Below, one piece after another: positions 36,716 through 49,355 of a stretch of 64,000 bases of DNA. Position numbers and translations under genes: made by a program. Within the stretch, counting starts at the first letter, position 1. Every line of letters begins with the position of its first letter. The notes below the pieces were generated by a model. That model was not told where the DNA came from, ran no database searches, and worked only from the letters and a program-made list of their open reading frames with translations. The stretch comes from Octopus sinensis (Eukaryota). Location of the stretch: positions 33,542,001 through 33,606,000 of the forward strand of contig NC_043015.1 of the NCBI RefSeq assembly GCF_006345805.1, given 5' to 3'.

Positions 36716-37470
36716 ATATGTGGTGTATGTGTGCATGTATATATGTATGTGTATATGTTCCTCTGTGTGTGTGTGTGTGTAAGTATGGATGTACATGTGT
36801 GCACACATGCATGTGCATGTGTGTGGGCATGTACATGTTTGTACATGAATATATGTATGTGTATGCATCATGTGCATGCTGGTATGCACATGTGAGTGTA
36901 CATGTGTGCATATATACATTATGCACACATGTATGTATATCTGTGTTGAAAACTTACTGTTCAAAGTGCAACTATTAAATTCTCAACAACAACATTTACA
37001 GGAAATATACCTGTGCAAGAGTTTACAAGAGTTTGTGGGAGAAGTAGATGAGGTGACTGTGGTGGTAGTGGTGTCAGGAGTGGCGACTTTGAGGGGGTGT
37101 GTGTAGTAGCAGAAATAGTAGTAGTAGTAGTGTGGTGGTGGTTATAGAGGTGTGGTGGGAGCTAGAGAGTCAAGGTGGGAGCTATCGTCACTCTCACTGC
37201 TGTCGTGTTCCCTAAACAAGGCACTGGAGCTTCCTTGCCCCCATTCACGTATTGGTAGCCCAGAGATGCTGCTGACGAGATCAAGTACTCTCACATACAC
37301 CTAACACACGACACAGCAAATATAGACATGTATTTTTTTTTTCTAATCAGAAACAAGGTAGAGAAAACTTACAAATGAATTGCAGATATAGTCAATGTCA
37401 TACGTAATAGTGTCGACATGTTTCCGAAAACTGACCGTCTTCCCACGATGCCTGAACCGGTAGTGTAACC

Positions 37471-37700
37471 ATGACATTAACATCCTGGGTATATCCACAG
37501 CACAGGTTAGAATCATAATAGATACACAGCCAAGTGACAATCACTTGGGAAAGCTCTCAGGTGATTCCAGATGATGTTATCGTCTCTGGGTACATCCACA
37601 GCAGAATTTAGAAGCATAATAGATGAAAAGGATAAGGTGGAATTTACCACAATTAGATCTCGGGTGATTACAGATGATGTCACAGTGTTTGGAAATTAAC
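37471..37700. repeat. Degenerate tandem repeat, period about 100-103 bp, 2.2 copies
   Basis: Units start atga(c/t).. at 37471, 37571, 37674 and share tgggta.atccacagca.a..ttagaa.cataatagat and ggtgatt.cag. Confidence 0.8.
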
Positions 37701-40542
37701 AACTGATTCTTTCATAATGGCTAACAAAGTTTACAATAAGGAAAATAAGGAGGGTGAAGATAATAATGACAGCACTGGTACTGGTGATAACAACAATGTT
37801 AGTGATGATGATATCAATATCACTGATAAACTTCAATTCTTTGAAAAATGGTGCGTAATTTAGTTCCATGTATTTTTCTTTTATCTTCTATCTTTTTTTT
37901 TTTTTTGTTGAATTTTTATCTTGAGTTCTTGCTGAAGTATCAAACACTAATGTTTCTATAACATTCCACAGAAATCATAAACATTGAGAAGAATCGAGAA
38001 AAGATACAGAAAGAAACAGAACAAATATATATAAACACATACACCGCATTTAAAACTTTTTTTTTCCTCTCTTGTTTTTCTTAGAAATAATAACAAAATA
38101 TAAAGAACGCAAAAATGCTTGGAATTAAATTGAATGAATGTTTGACAAGATAATCCAAATGGAAAGTTGGTTTGCTCACTGCTACATTTACCATATTTCA
38201 AAGTTATACAGAAAGAATGAGACAGAGAGAGAAAGAGAAAGGGAAAAGAGAATTTTTTTTTTTTTTTGCTGTCTAATTGGTAGCTGGAATCTGTAATGAT
38301 AAGTTACCAGTTTGTAGCGGGAATAACATAAGTATATGGGTGGGCAGTGGCGAACGGAATCCTGGCAGTGAATATCACCAGTATTAATATTTTCCGTTGA
38401 ACTTTGAATATTTCTGAATATGGTAATAATAAACTTAATTGAATGCCAGTGATTTAATTTTCAAAAACTAAATGAATAAATAAATAATAATAATAATAAT
38501 TATATATATTCCATATAAAATACGATATGTAATGAAATATGATATATATTGGATAAAGAATAGATATGAATTGTGTGTAATTAAATTTAAAAGAAAAAAT
38601 TAAATATATTATGGAACCAGTAGGGGTTGGAACCTTAAAGGATCAAGCAAAATAAAAAGGGTGGAAGAGGGGTGGAATGGGTGTTGGTTGATTGAATAAC
38701 AAATTACTAATGAAAATGTTGAATACTAAAAACAAGCAAAAAAAAAGACAATTTAGCTATTTCTGAGATAAACTGATTATTTGGTGTAAAGTCCAGCTTT
38801 TAAAAAGTTTGTCAATAAACAAGACTTTTTTTTTTTTTAAATAATCAACAACAAAGAGAATTGGTAAGTATCCACTTCTGGTTGCTATGGTGACAAGCTC
38901 AGCGAGAGACTTGCTTTGTTTTGTTATACTTTTGTCATCCTCCTCCCACTTTGACAGACGTCTGCACACCAATGATGCTAAATGAACGTGTGAGCACTTC
39001 AAAGCTTTGTATTAAAACACTGACACACACTGAACACTGGTTCTGCGATGTGTGTGTGTGCATTCAGGCAGGTGTGTATGCAAGCAGGCAGATGTACATG
39101 GATGCAGGTATGTGTGTTTGCATATAAGTAGGGGTGTCTGTATGTGTGTGGAAATGCATGCATACGCATGCATCTATCTGCAAAGTTACATGTATGTGTG
39201 TACACGCAGACATGTCTGTGTCAGTTTATGAAGATGGTATATGTGTGTGTGTGTGTGTGTATAAGCATACAGGTATGTGTGTGTTTCTGTTTATGAAGAT
39301 GCATATAAATGTATGTGCATCTGCAAGGAAATGTTTTTGTATGCACGTGCAGATATACATACGTGTATGTGCCTGGATCTATATATAGACGTGTCAATAC
39401 ATATGGCTGGAGCCGTACATGTTACTTTTGTCTCTCTCTCTTGCTACATGCACAAACATTTCACATGGTGGTATTTTCCACATTCTACACACACACACAC
39501 ATCAGGGGTACGCTGCAAGTGTGTGCAACAATAACACAATCATCAATACCACAACTGCAACCAACATAAATACCACCGCCGCCACAACCATTACAACCAC
39601 AACCCTGCCACTACAACTACTTTAACCACCACTGATACAACCACCCTTACTACCAGAGCCGCCACAGCCACCACCATAATTACTACTACTGACACAACCC
39701 CCCTCACCATCACCATAGCCACAACCACTGACACCACCACCACCACCACCATCACACTTTCACTTCCTGTTTCATTTTTATTATTCTTTCTACTGTTAAG
39801 TACACAGTCAGTATCTGCCCCACCCCTCCCTCTTTCCCTCCTTTACAGTACTACGACCTATGCCACCCCACTGTCTTTACCACAGTACTTACTACAACAC
39901 ATACCACACCTGTCTCTATCACAGTGCTAGAGCCTACACCATTTCACTACCACTACTCCCTGTACTACAACACATACCACACTTCACTGTCACTACCAGA
40001 GTACTACAGCCTACACACACACACACACACACAACCTCACCTGCAGCTAAACACATCAGATCAATAGTGAAGTGCTACAATAGTAACCTAGCAGCAGCGG
40101 AAACAGCAGCAATAGTAGAGGCAGCAGTACAGGTGGTGGTGGCGGCAGTAATGGTAGTGGTGGTGATTGTGATTATGGTAGTGGTAGTAGTGACAGAGGT
40201 GGTCACACTGATAATAATTGTGATGTGGTTGTTGTAGAGATTGTGGTGGTCGTGGTGATAGTAATGAGAGTGGTGGTGATGGAGGTGGTGACGACGTGGT
40301 TCTTATAGTCATTACAATCAGAACTTATGTGATGATTGTGACTATACTGTGTATGTGTAACAAAACAAATACTCTATGTGTGTGTGTGTGTGTGGTGTGT
40401 GTGTGTGGATCATGGATGTGAGCACAAGCGTGTGGAATGTTCAATGTCTGATAGGAATTTGGTACACACACACAATCAGTAGCACAAATGTATGGAGTGC
40501 ATAAATGCATTTATATACACATACCTATAATGTCTGTGCATG

Positions 40543-40577
<35 letters not shown>

Positions 40578-40586
<9 letters not shown>

Positions 40587-40795
40587 TGCTGAAAAGTTCC
40601 TTGCTTTGGATAAAAGAAAATAGAGGAGGATCAGTTAATTCTGATTTTATTCAACATATTCCCCTCCTCACAGATTCACACACTTACTGCAGAAGTCCTT
40701 CAGTTTTTCTAAACTCTGTAAAAGAACTTGGAATGTTGAGCCTCTAACCAGGCCTTTGGCAAGATCCTTAAAGCCAGGAACTTTTCAGCACCCTG

Positions 40796-40797
<2 letters not shown>
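40578..40797. mobile_element. Tc1/mariner-type MITE
   Basis: TIRs acgagggggtgctgaaaagttcct / aggaacttttcagcaccctgttg; flanked by (CA)n on the left and (TG)n on the right. Confidence 0.85.
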
Positions 40798-40827
<30 letters not shown>

Positions 40828-41764
40828 TATGTATTGAGAAAGAGAGAAAGAGGAATGTCTGTTTTTGGTGAGAGAGAGAGAGAGAGTGTGTGTGTGTGTG
40901 TGTGCAGTCACATCTATGATAAAAAAGAATGTAATCAGTAGATATAAAAAACAACGACAAGAAGAGAGGCAGCGAAATCATAGAGAAATACAGAAAACCA
41001 ATGATAATTAAACAAGGAAATCACCTCGACAAGAGAGAGAGACAGGCATGCATGCAGATACATTTTTGTAAACTCGTGTGTGTGAGTGTGTACACACACA
41101 CACACAAAGGATACATATATCATTGATAAATATACATACATATATATACATGCACACACACACACACACAAATAAATATAAACACTCACACACACACACA
41201 GAAGCACTTTATAATGTGCTTCAACATATATGAATTAGGGCTTTATATCGAAACAACATTAAATTCCCCTACACCAATATTACACTATATATACATATGT
41301 ATATATATATATATACACACACACAGCACCTGTAACTGTATATTTGGAGTTAAGGCTATAACACAGAAGTTTCTCATAAAACTGAAATAATTACTTAAAA
41401 CAAATTATTGCTATTTTAAGTCCTTCATTATGAGCATTTCACTAATCTAATAAAATTTCAGAACTTCATAAAATTACACAGTTACAAAACCTGTTACCAG
41501 ACAATGTATGTGAAATATAAAACGTGATTTAACATTGTCCCTCTATCTCATATTTCTGTTTAGTCATGATTCCATGATATATATGCATAGTTTATTGAAG
41601 TTGGCTTTATAGTTCGAATACTTTCATGGCATGGGTTTGTAAAGAAATATGAATGGCTAAATATAAAGTTATGGGATTTTATATGATCAGTTGAACAGCT
41701 GTAATGAAGGATTTCAAATATCAATAATTTGTTTTCTATAATTATTTCAATTTTACATACATAG

Positions 41765-42520
41765 GCACAACAGGTATGGCTGTGTGGTAAGAAGCTCGCT
41801 TCCTAACCACATGGCACCTTGGGCAAGTGTCTTCAATAGTCTTGGGCCAACCAAAGCCTTGTGACTGGATTTAGTAGAAACTGTATATGTGTGTGTCTTT
41901 CTGTGTCTCCCACCACCATTTGACAACTGGTGTTGGTGCATTTACATCCCTGTAACTTGTCGGCAAAAGAGACAATTAGAGCAAGTACCAGGGTTGATAC
42001 TTTCGGCTAAAAACTCTTGAAGGTGGTGCTCCAGCAAGGCTACAATCTAATGGCTAAACAAGTAAAAGATAAAACACATGCACACACGCACCTGCATATA
42101 CATACATATAGCTATATACACATATACATCTTTATACATATACACATATATTTGTGTGTGTGTATGTGTAAATCATTTGTGATTTGCCTTTACAGATATA
42201 CAAGCAAGGCTGTGTGGTTACAAAGTTAGCTTTACAACCCTATTGTTTCAGGTGAAGTTCCACTGTATAGCACTTTATGCAAGTGTCCTCTACTATAGCC
42301 CCAGGACAACAAATGCCTTATATGAATGAATACATACATACACACACACCTGACAACCAGTGTTGGCTTGTTTACATCCTCATAACTTAGCAGTTCAGCA
42401 AAAGAGACTGACAGAATAAGTTCCAGGCTTAAAAATAAGTACTAGGGTTGATTTGTCCAACTAAACCCTTGGAAGTGGTGCTCCAGTATGGTCACAGTCC
42501 AATGACTGAAATAAGATGAA
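41765..42520 (+). mobile_element. Two tandem family C SINEs (about 41765-42070 and 42205-42520)
   Basis: Both carry the ggctgtgtggt head and ggtgctccag..aaacaagtaaaag-type tail. Confidence 0.8.
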
Positions 42521-43175
42521 AATCATTGCATATAATGAAACCTACAGGTAAGGGTTGCTAATACGCAAGGATACTCGTCCAACGACGGGGTGTGGTGGTA
42601 TGAGGTTCCATAGAAACAACCACACAAGGTGTTCTATTGAAATCAACAGCCAGCTGCTAAGTAAACAAATCCGTTCTCAACAAAAAACATTCTAACTGGT
42701 TAATTGTTATTTTAGCTACACAAATTATGTAAATGTTATCAAGTTATGCTAATTAAACAGTTTATGTTGTTATTAATTAAAAAGAGATATTAATTACCTC
42801 TGTCTAAAAATAATCTCATTAAAAGAACTATACAAGAACTATACCTGCTTAAAACTGTCAGAGAAAACAACAGCAACAAATGTGTTTTTTTTAATGGTTT
42901 CAACCATTGCAATGCAGCCATGCTGGAGCACTACCATTCATGGGTTTTCCATTGATGAACTCCAGTATTTATTCTTGTCTGGTACTTACTTTAGCAACCT
43001 CTATCATTCACAGATTGTCGTACAAAATCGAAAATAAATAAATGTGATTCCAGGCCTTTCATTTGTTTGAAGTTGGAGTATTTGGGGTAAAAAAAAAAAT
43101 AAATAAAATAGAATCAGGTAAGAACATATTTAAGGTTTCTGCTGTTGGAAACAAAGGATTTTGCACAGAATACAC

Positions 43176-43373
43176 ATCAGGCTGAGTAAAAAGTAAGTAA
43201 TGCTTTGAAATGTGAAATTCATCATAATATATTTCAAAAATGTGGATATTTTATTCACCAAAGTAAGTACCATTACAATCAACACATTTTTGCCAACAAG
43301 TTACAAGTTTGTTTGTTCTGGTAATATAAAAATCTGGAGTTCTGGAACTGATGAACTCTTTGAATGCACTTTC
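43176..43373 (-). mobile_element. Mariner 3' terminal fragment
   Basis: Reverse reads ESAFKEFISSRTPDFYITRTNKLVTCWQKCVDCNGTYFGE*, the typical mariner C-terminus; TIR atcaggctgagtaaaaagtaagtaatgc. Confidence 0.88.
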
Positions 43374-43710
43374 AGCTGGATGCCCTTCCTAATGCCAACC
43401 ACTCCGAGAATGTAGTGGGTGCTTTTACGTGCCACCGGCACAGGGCCAGTCAGGCGGTACTGGCAACGACCTCGCTCGAATCTTTTACACATGCACAGGT
43501 GCCAGTAAGGCGATGCTGGTAACGATCATGCTCGAATGGTGTCTTCTACGTGCCACCAGCACAGAGGCCAGATAGCCGCTCTGGCAACGATCACGCTCGG
43601 ATGGTGCTCTTAATACCCTACTAGCACGGGGCTCAAGTGCCAGTAAGGCAACGCTGGTAACAATCATGCTCGAATGGTGCCTTTTAAGTGCCACTGGCAC
43701 GGAAGCCAGT
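43373..43710 (-). mobile_element. RTE 3' UTR internal fragment (family A) with degenerate repeats
   Basis: cagctggatgcccttcctaatgccaaccactccgag.. and repeated ctggcaacga.c.cgctcgaat units. Confidence 0.8.
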
Positions 43711-44867
43711 TATTTTCTCAAATTATGAAAATGTAGCACTGGTGGTGTAATATGGTGGTTGTGTGAAGTCTGTGATGGATCACTGGTGCTACATTCAGCA
43801 GTTAATGTATCAAAGCAAAGAGATCAGATCAAAACACAAACGCTTTCTATCATTGGCATCCACTCACCCAACCAACCTACCAAAGTGGAGTCTGAGAGAG
43901 TTTACACTGATCGCCGCCGTAAGTGACTGAGGTTAACACAAAACTGTAGCGTATCTCGATATTTGATCGCTATTCTCTGAAAATCGTATTGTGATTGCAT
44001 GTCTCAGACAGAGAGACAAGGAAACACTTGCTTAATCACCATTGTTCACCTTATTTCTTTGTAATATTTGGTTCTCCAATATAGCAGTTATTTCTTTTTG
44101 CACTTGCTTTTAAGTAAAAAAAAAAAGCCTGTAATAACATGATAACTTTGTGAATAGCAAAAACTAGAAACCACAATGTGATGGCTAACAGCTCACCAAT
44201 TTGGTTGGTGCAAAATGAAGGAGCATAAAAGGAAAAGGAAGAAAAAAATAAAACAGGCGGGGGGGGGGGGTAAAACAGTAATAAAAGAAAAGAAAGCAGC
44301 AGCAACCACAACAACAAAAAAAGTAGCATCAGTATTATACGGCAACATGTACTCTATCATATTTTGATACAAGAATGAAAAATTTCACTTTGTAGTGAAT
44401 GGGTTGTATTGAAATTTCTAACAATTAAATAACACAGAATTTGTTATAATTCATTCTTATTCAGGATTTCACTTCTCCACTAACACAGATTTGAAATAGG
44501 ATTTTTTCCCCACTCCAGTCAGACAGTCAAATTTTCTAACACAGAATCAGGCACAGAAGGACTTGCTGATCATTTGAAATCCTTACTAAAAACAGAGCAG
44601 GTTGGGGTATGTTTCTGACAGAATTATTGTAATTTCATCAACAACGGTAATTTTCCAGACACCATCACTACCTCTAGCACAGCCACCAACACCATCGATA
44701 CTGCCACTGTATTTATTAACCATCAAAGAATGAAAGGTAAAGTGGAAAGAAAGGTAACGAGGATTTGATTTCAGAACACATGACATATTCAAATATCAAA
44801 AAGGTATTTAGTAATGTATTGTACCATTACTGTTATACACTATCTTATAGAAATGATAATATCAATG

Positions 44868-45073
44868 GCTTCAAATTTTGGCACAAGGCCAGTAATTTTG
44901 AGGGTGGGGCTAAGTTGATTGTATCCTTTCCGTGTTCAACTGGTGCTTATTTTATTGTCCCTGAAAGGATGAAAGGCAAAGTCAACCTCAATGGAATTTG
45001 AACTTAGAACTAAAGACATGAAATGTTGCTAAGCATTTTGTCCAGCATGCGAGTGATTCTGTCAGCTTGCCCC
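44868..45073 (-). mobile_element. SINE family B
   Basis: Reverse core gaaaggatgaaaggcaaagtcaacctc. Confidence 0.78.
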
Positions 45074-45342
45074 CTCAGTTAAATATTTAAATCACCTGAA
45101 GAATGACTGTAACTCAAAATTTTAAGAATTGGACAGCCATGAAACGATCGTAGTGTTATTCTAATTATCTTTTTGAATAATTTTGATATATATTTAAAAT
45201 AATATAAATTAATTAATCTTATGTATTGGCTTAAGTTTTTCATTGTATGATTTGCCTAATAGTGGTTTTATCTCTAATTTAATTTAATATAATATATATA
45301 TATATATATATATACATACACACACACACACACACACATATA

Positions 45343-45379
<37 letters not shown>

Positions 45380-46229
45380 TTATATTGACAAGAAACAAGC
45401 TGCTAGATTTATGCCAATGAAAGAGGTGAAGTAATGGGATGGGATGTGGTGATGTTCATATATTTTTCAAGTGTATTGATTGCATAAAATGAAATAAAAT
45501 ACAATTGCTCTGTGAAACTGGGTTTCTACCATAATCATTGGTAGTTTGCATATTTTGCTACAGTTAACAACAACAACAACAGCAATAATAATGGCTTCTT
45601 ACCTGAATAATAACAATAACGACATGACAAACCATTATGAGTAGCTTCTCAATGGTTTTAAGTGGATATAAAGAGAGATTAGTTAATTGTTCAAGTGGCA
45701 CTGAAGTAATCAAGAATTCTTCAGAACAGAGTTTCAGGACACTTTTGTTATTGAAATCTTTTGTTATTGAACAATATTGATTAACAAAAGCATTCTCTAG
45801 AAATTTTGCATGTGCCAAGAGAGGTTGGCTTCTCGAAGACAGGCAATTTCACACTTCAGAAGAAGCACGTGTCTTCTGCTTTTTGTAAAATGGTTAAGTC
45901 ATTCAGAAAGAGATCCATTAAACGTTCCAGATCTAATATTGGATTGGCTAAACGGTTTAAAATTCCAGTAAATCATTAAACAAGGAAACCACCAAGTCAT
46001 CATTTGACCTGCTATAATAGTGGCTAAATATTCCATTAGCATGGAAAAAATAAAATAAAAAAGACACACTGAACAATTTAGCTATAGTTTGACTGAAGGA
46101 CACATTAGGTAATGTAATTGTAGATGCACTATATCTATAGAAAAAGGGGACAGATGGCCTATAATATCTGCTTCTGAACTGTTTTAAAACACCACCACCA
46201 TCATCATCTTCAACAACAAAAACATATAG

Positions 46230-47365
46230 AGCATCAGAAAAATTGCTTAGCAATATTTGTTTCAGTTCTTTATAGTCTTTGCTTGACTACCACTTAAGTC
46301 AACTTTGTTCTCTATCTTTTCAGGGTTGATAAAATAAAGTTCCAACCTAGAAAATGGAGTTGATGGCATCAGCTAACCCCTTTCCTCTCAAAATTGCTAA
46401 ACTAGTGCCTGGATAAAAAATGTATTCTGTTTTTTTTTACATTCCAAGTTCAAATCCAACCAAGATAAGCCTTGGTTTTCAAAGGTTGGAGGTTGGTAGA
46501 ATTGTTAGAGCATCAGAAAAGAAATACTTTCTGGCATTTGTTCCAGCTCCGTACATTCTAAGTTCAAATCCAGCTGAGGTGACCTTTGCCTTCCATTCTT
46601 TCAGAGCTGATTAAATAAAGTACCAGTCAAGTACTGTGGTCAATAATAACTTACTCCTCTACCTTACCCTTTTAACATTTTTATCCATCCATACCCAACC
46701 TAAATGTTCTCTACCTGTTTTATGTTTAAACTGACCAGATACAACTTCTCACACCTAACCTATAATGTCCTCCCAAAAATATACAAACACACCATTAAAA
46801 TCTCAAAGCCACAACATAATTCAAAACAATGTGAATAAATAAGCATAAAAGATACTTGGCCAACATGTCATACAATGAGATCGAACCCAAAACTTCATGG
46901 CTGCAAAGTGAACTAATATATGCCCTTACTGCATCTATAGTTCTAGATACTGCCCATAGAAAAAGACAAGATGACCATACCTGGAATACTTTTGATCATT
47001 TCTCTAATTAGTCTGAATGCTAAAGGGTTAAAATTGCAGGCCTTAAGGTGGTGAGCTGACAGAATCCTTACTGTGCCAGGCAAAATGTTTAGCAGCATTT
47101 CAGTCATCTTACATTCAGAGTTCAAATCCCACAGGGGCTGACTTTGCCTTTCATCCTTTCAGAGTCAATAAAATAAAGTGGACAAAAGTTTTTGTGGCAT
47201 TTATTCTAGCTTTACATTCTGAGTTCAAATACCACCTGAGTTGACTTTGTCTTTCATCCTTCCAGGTTTATTAAAAGTAACACGTGAGTACTGGCACCAA
47301 ATGTAATCGACCTACCCTGTCCCACAAAATTGCTGGCATTGTGCCAAAATTTGAAACCAATATTG
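46230..47365 (+). mobile_element. Second cluster of four decayed family B SINEs interrupted by a family F TTAA-MITE (about 46667-47027)
   Basis: Cores at about 46310, 46580, 47140, 47240; MITE end gtctgaatgctaaaggg|ttaa at 47027. Confidence 0.7.
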
Positions 47366-47774
47366 TTATTATTATTAGTTGTTGTTGTTATAAGAATATT
47401 CTTGGCAAGAGTTTAGAAGGAAGGATGATATGAAAAATAAAACAAAAAAAAAAACAAAAAAAACTAACAAATCATGAGCCAAATGAAGAAAAAAAAACCG
47501 AAAGTTAAAGATAAAAAAAAAACTGAAGCCTTATTAATGGTGTAAGTAGCAGAAATAAAAGCATTATCATCTTCAATGAGCAGTAAATACACTTCCTTTA
47601 CAATAAATGGATGAAAGATGTGAGAGAAAAAAATTGACTTTATTAAGATGGATAAAGTAGATAGATGTTTGATAATAGCATAAGTTGTCACAGTCTTCTT
47701 CCCTCTCCTGGTTTCCTCTCAACAGGCTCATATCTTTTTATGCTTTGCTGTTCACTGATTTGTTTTTAGTTTTA

Positions 47775-47831
<57 letters not shown>

Positions 47832-48283
47832 ATTTATATGTATATATATATACACACACACACATATACAGACACATATGATTATTCACACACACATACA
47901 AATATGAACGCATATGCACGCATGTGCACATACACACACAGATAAATAAAATTAAATGGATAGTGCATGAATGATCAATCTGTTGAATATAATATGGAAG
48001 GTAAATTACTTAGTAACACCTGGAGAAAGGTATATCTTATAGATCTCTCCTTCTCCATCTAACTAATTGAGATGATTTAAGAGATAATAATGTCAAATGA
48101 TGGTTGATTGAAAGAGTTCTACTAATGGAATAAATAAATTCTTTTAGAATTGGTTAGCACTAGAATATCAAATAACTTATCATGGAAATTAGCACTAATT
48201 AATTTAAATTTCTAAGCAGAAAATTCAATACATATTTATGTATACGTGTGTGTGTATATATGTATGTGATGTATATGCAAAAG

Positions 48284-48314
<31 letters not shown>

Positions 48315-48760
48315 TCACACACACACATATACCTGCATGTGTGTATCAGTGTATGTGTAAAACAAATTAAAATGAAACCTAATTATTAAAGAAACATTTA
48401 ATAAGGAAGATAAAAGAGAAGTAAAAAAAAAAAGCTCATAAATCTGTCACATAAATATAAATAAATGTTGAATAATTTGTTGTAATAAGAAAAATAAATA
48501 TTTAAGGAAACGATCAAACGTAAAATTTAATTCAAAGAATAAAATCCTGTGATTGCAAATTTAGGAAAATCAGAAAGAAAAAAAAGTGAACTTCTGATAA
48601 AAGAACTTGTCATTAATACCACTAACTGGTCCATGGATGTGTTTAGATGGCACATCAAATATAGCACACAGTTAAACACCATCACACACGGATGTGTTTA
48701 GATCTTACACAGCACATAGTTTAATGCCATCACTAACTGGTTCTTGTGTTTAGTTTAGGT

Positions 48761-48996
48761 CAGTAGTTCTCAACCATCTTTTTCCTATGGACCCCTTTGG
48801 TTCCTAATTGACTCAGGTAGACCCCATAGTCATTCGAGGCTTAAAAAGACCCTATTATATTTTTATGATTCAATATTACTATCAACATGTATAAAAACAT
48901 GGTTAAAACATTTTATGTATTGTCTAAGTACAACCAATCTATTGCACATAAATTTAAACAACGAAATCTTATGTGGACCCTGGTTGAGAATCACCA
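48761..48996. mobile_element. Non-autonomous hAT MITE
   Basis: TIRs cagtagttctcaacc / ggttgagaatcacca; 8-bp flanks gtttaggt / ttttgggt. Confidence 0.75.
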
Positions 48997-49134
48997 TTTT
49001 GGGTGATAGGCTTCATGTACCACCCTATCTAACAATACTGCCTTTTGGGTACCTTAGGTAGTTTTTTGTTCTAAGTATTTAGACCAGTGTTTCTTAATCC
49101 CGATTTTTTTTTGTTATCCCCCCAGCCACTCTAA

Positions 49135-49355
49135 TCCTTCAGCATTCAGATTATTCTGTCAAAATGCAATGCTTATTTATTCACATTTTGTTAAATAAAT
49201 CATGCATTATCTTGTAGCTTTAAAATTTTGATTGTGTGATTGTTTAGTTTTACAATGACATTGTTGGGTAGGTGTAAGAGGTTGGATCTGGCTAGTTTGC
49301 ACATTAAATAAGGAGAATATATAGGCCAGATATGGCTGGATTAAATGCTAAAGGG
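49135..49355. mobile_element. Family F TTAA-MITE
   Basis: tccttcagcattcagattattctgtcaaa ... aatgctaaaggg|ttaa; colinear with 34873-35090. Confidence 0.8.

Noticed and set aside
43167-43197. Micro-exon with AA|gtaagt donor
   Set aside because: The GTAAGT is part of the mariner terminal inverted repeat.
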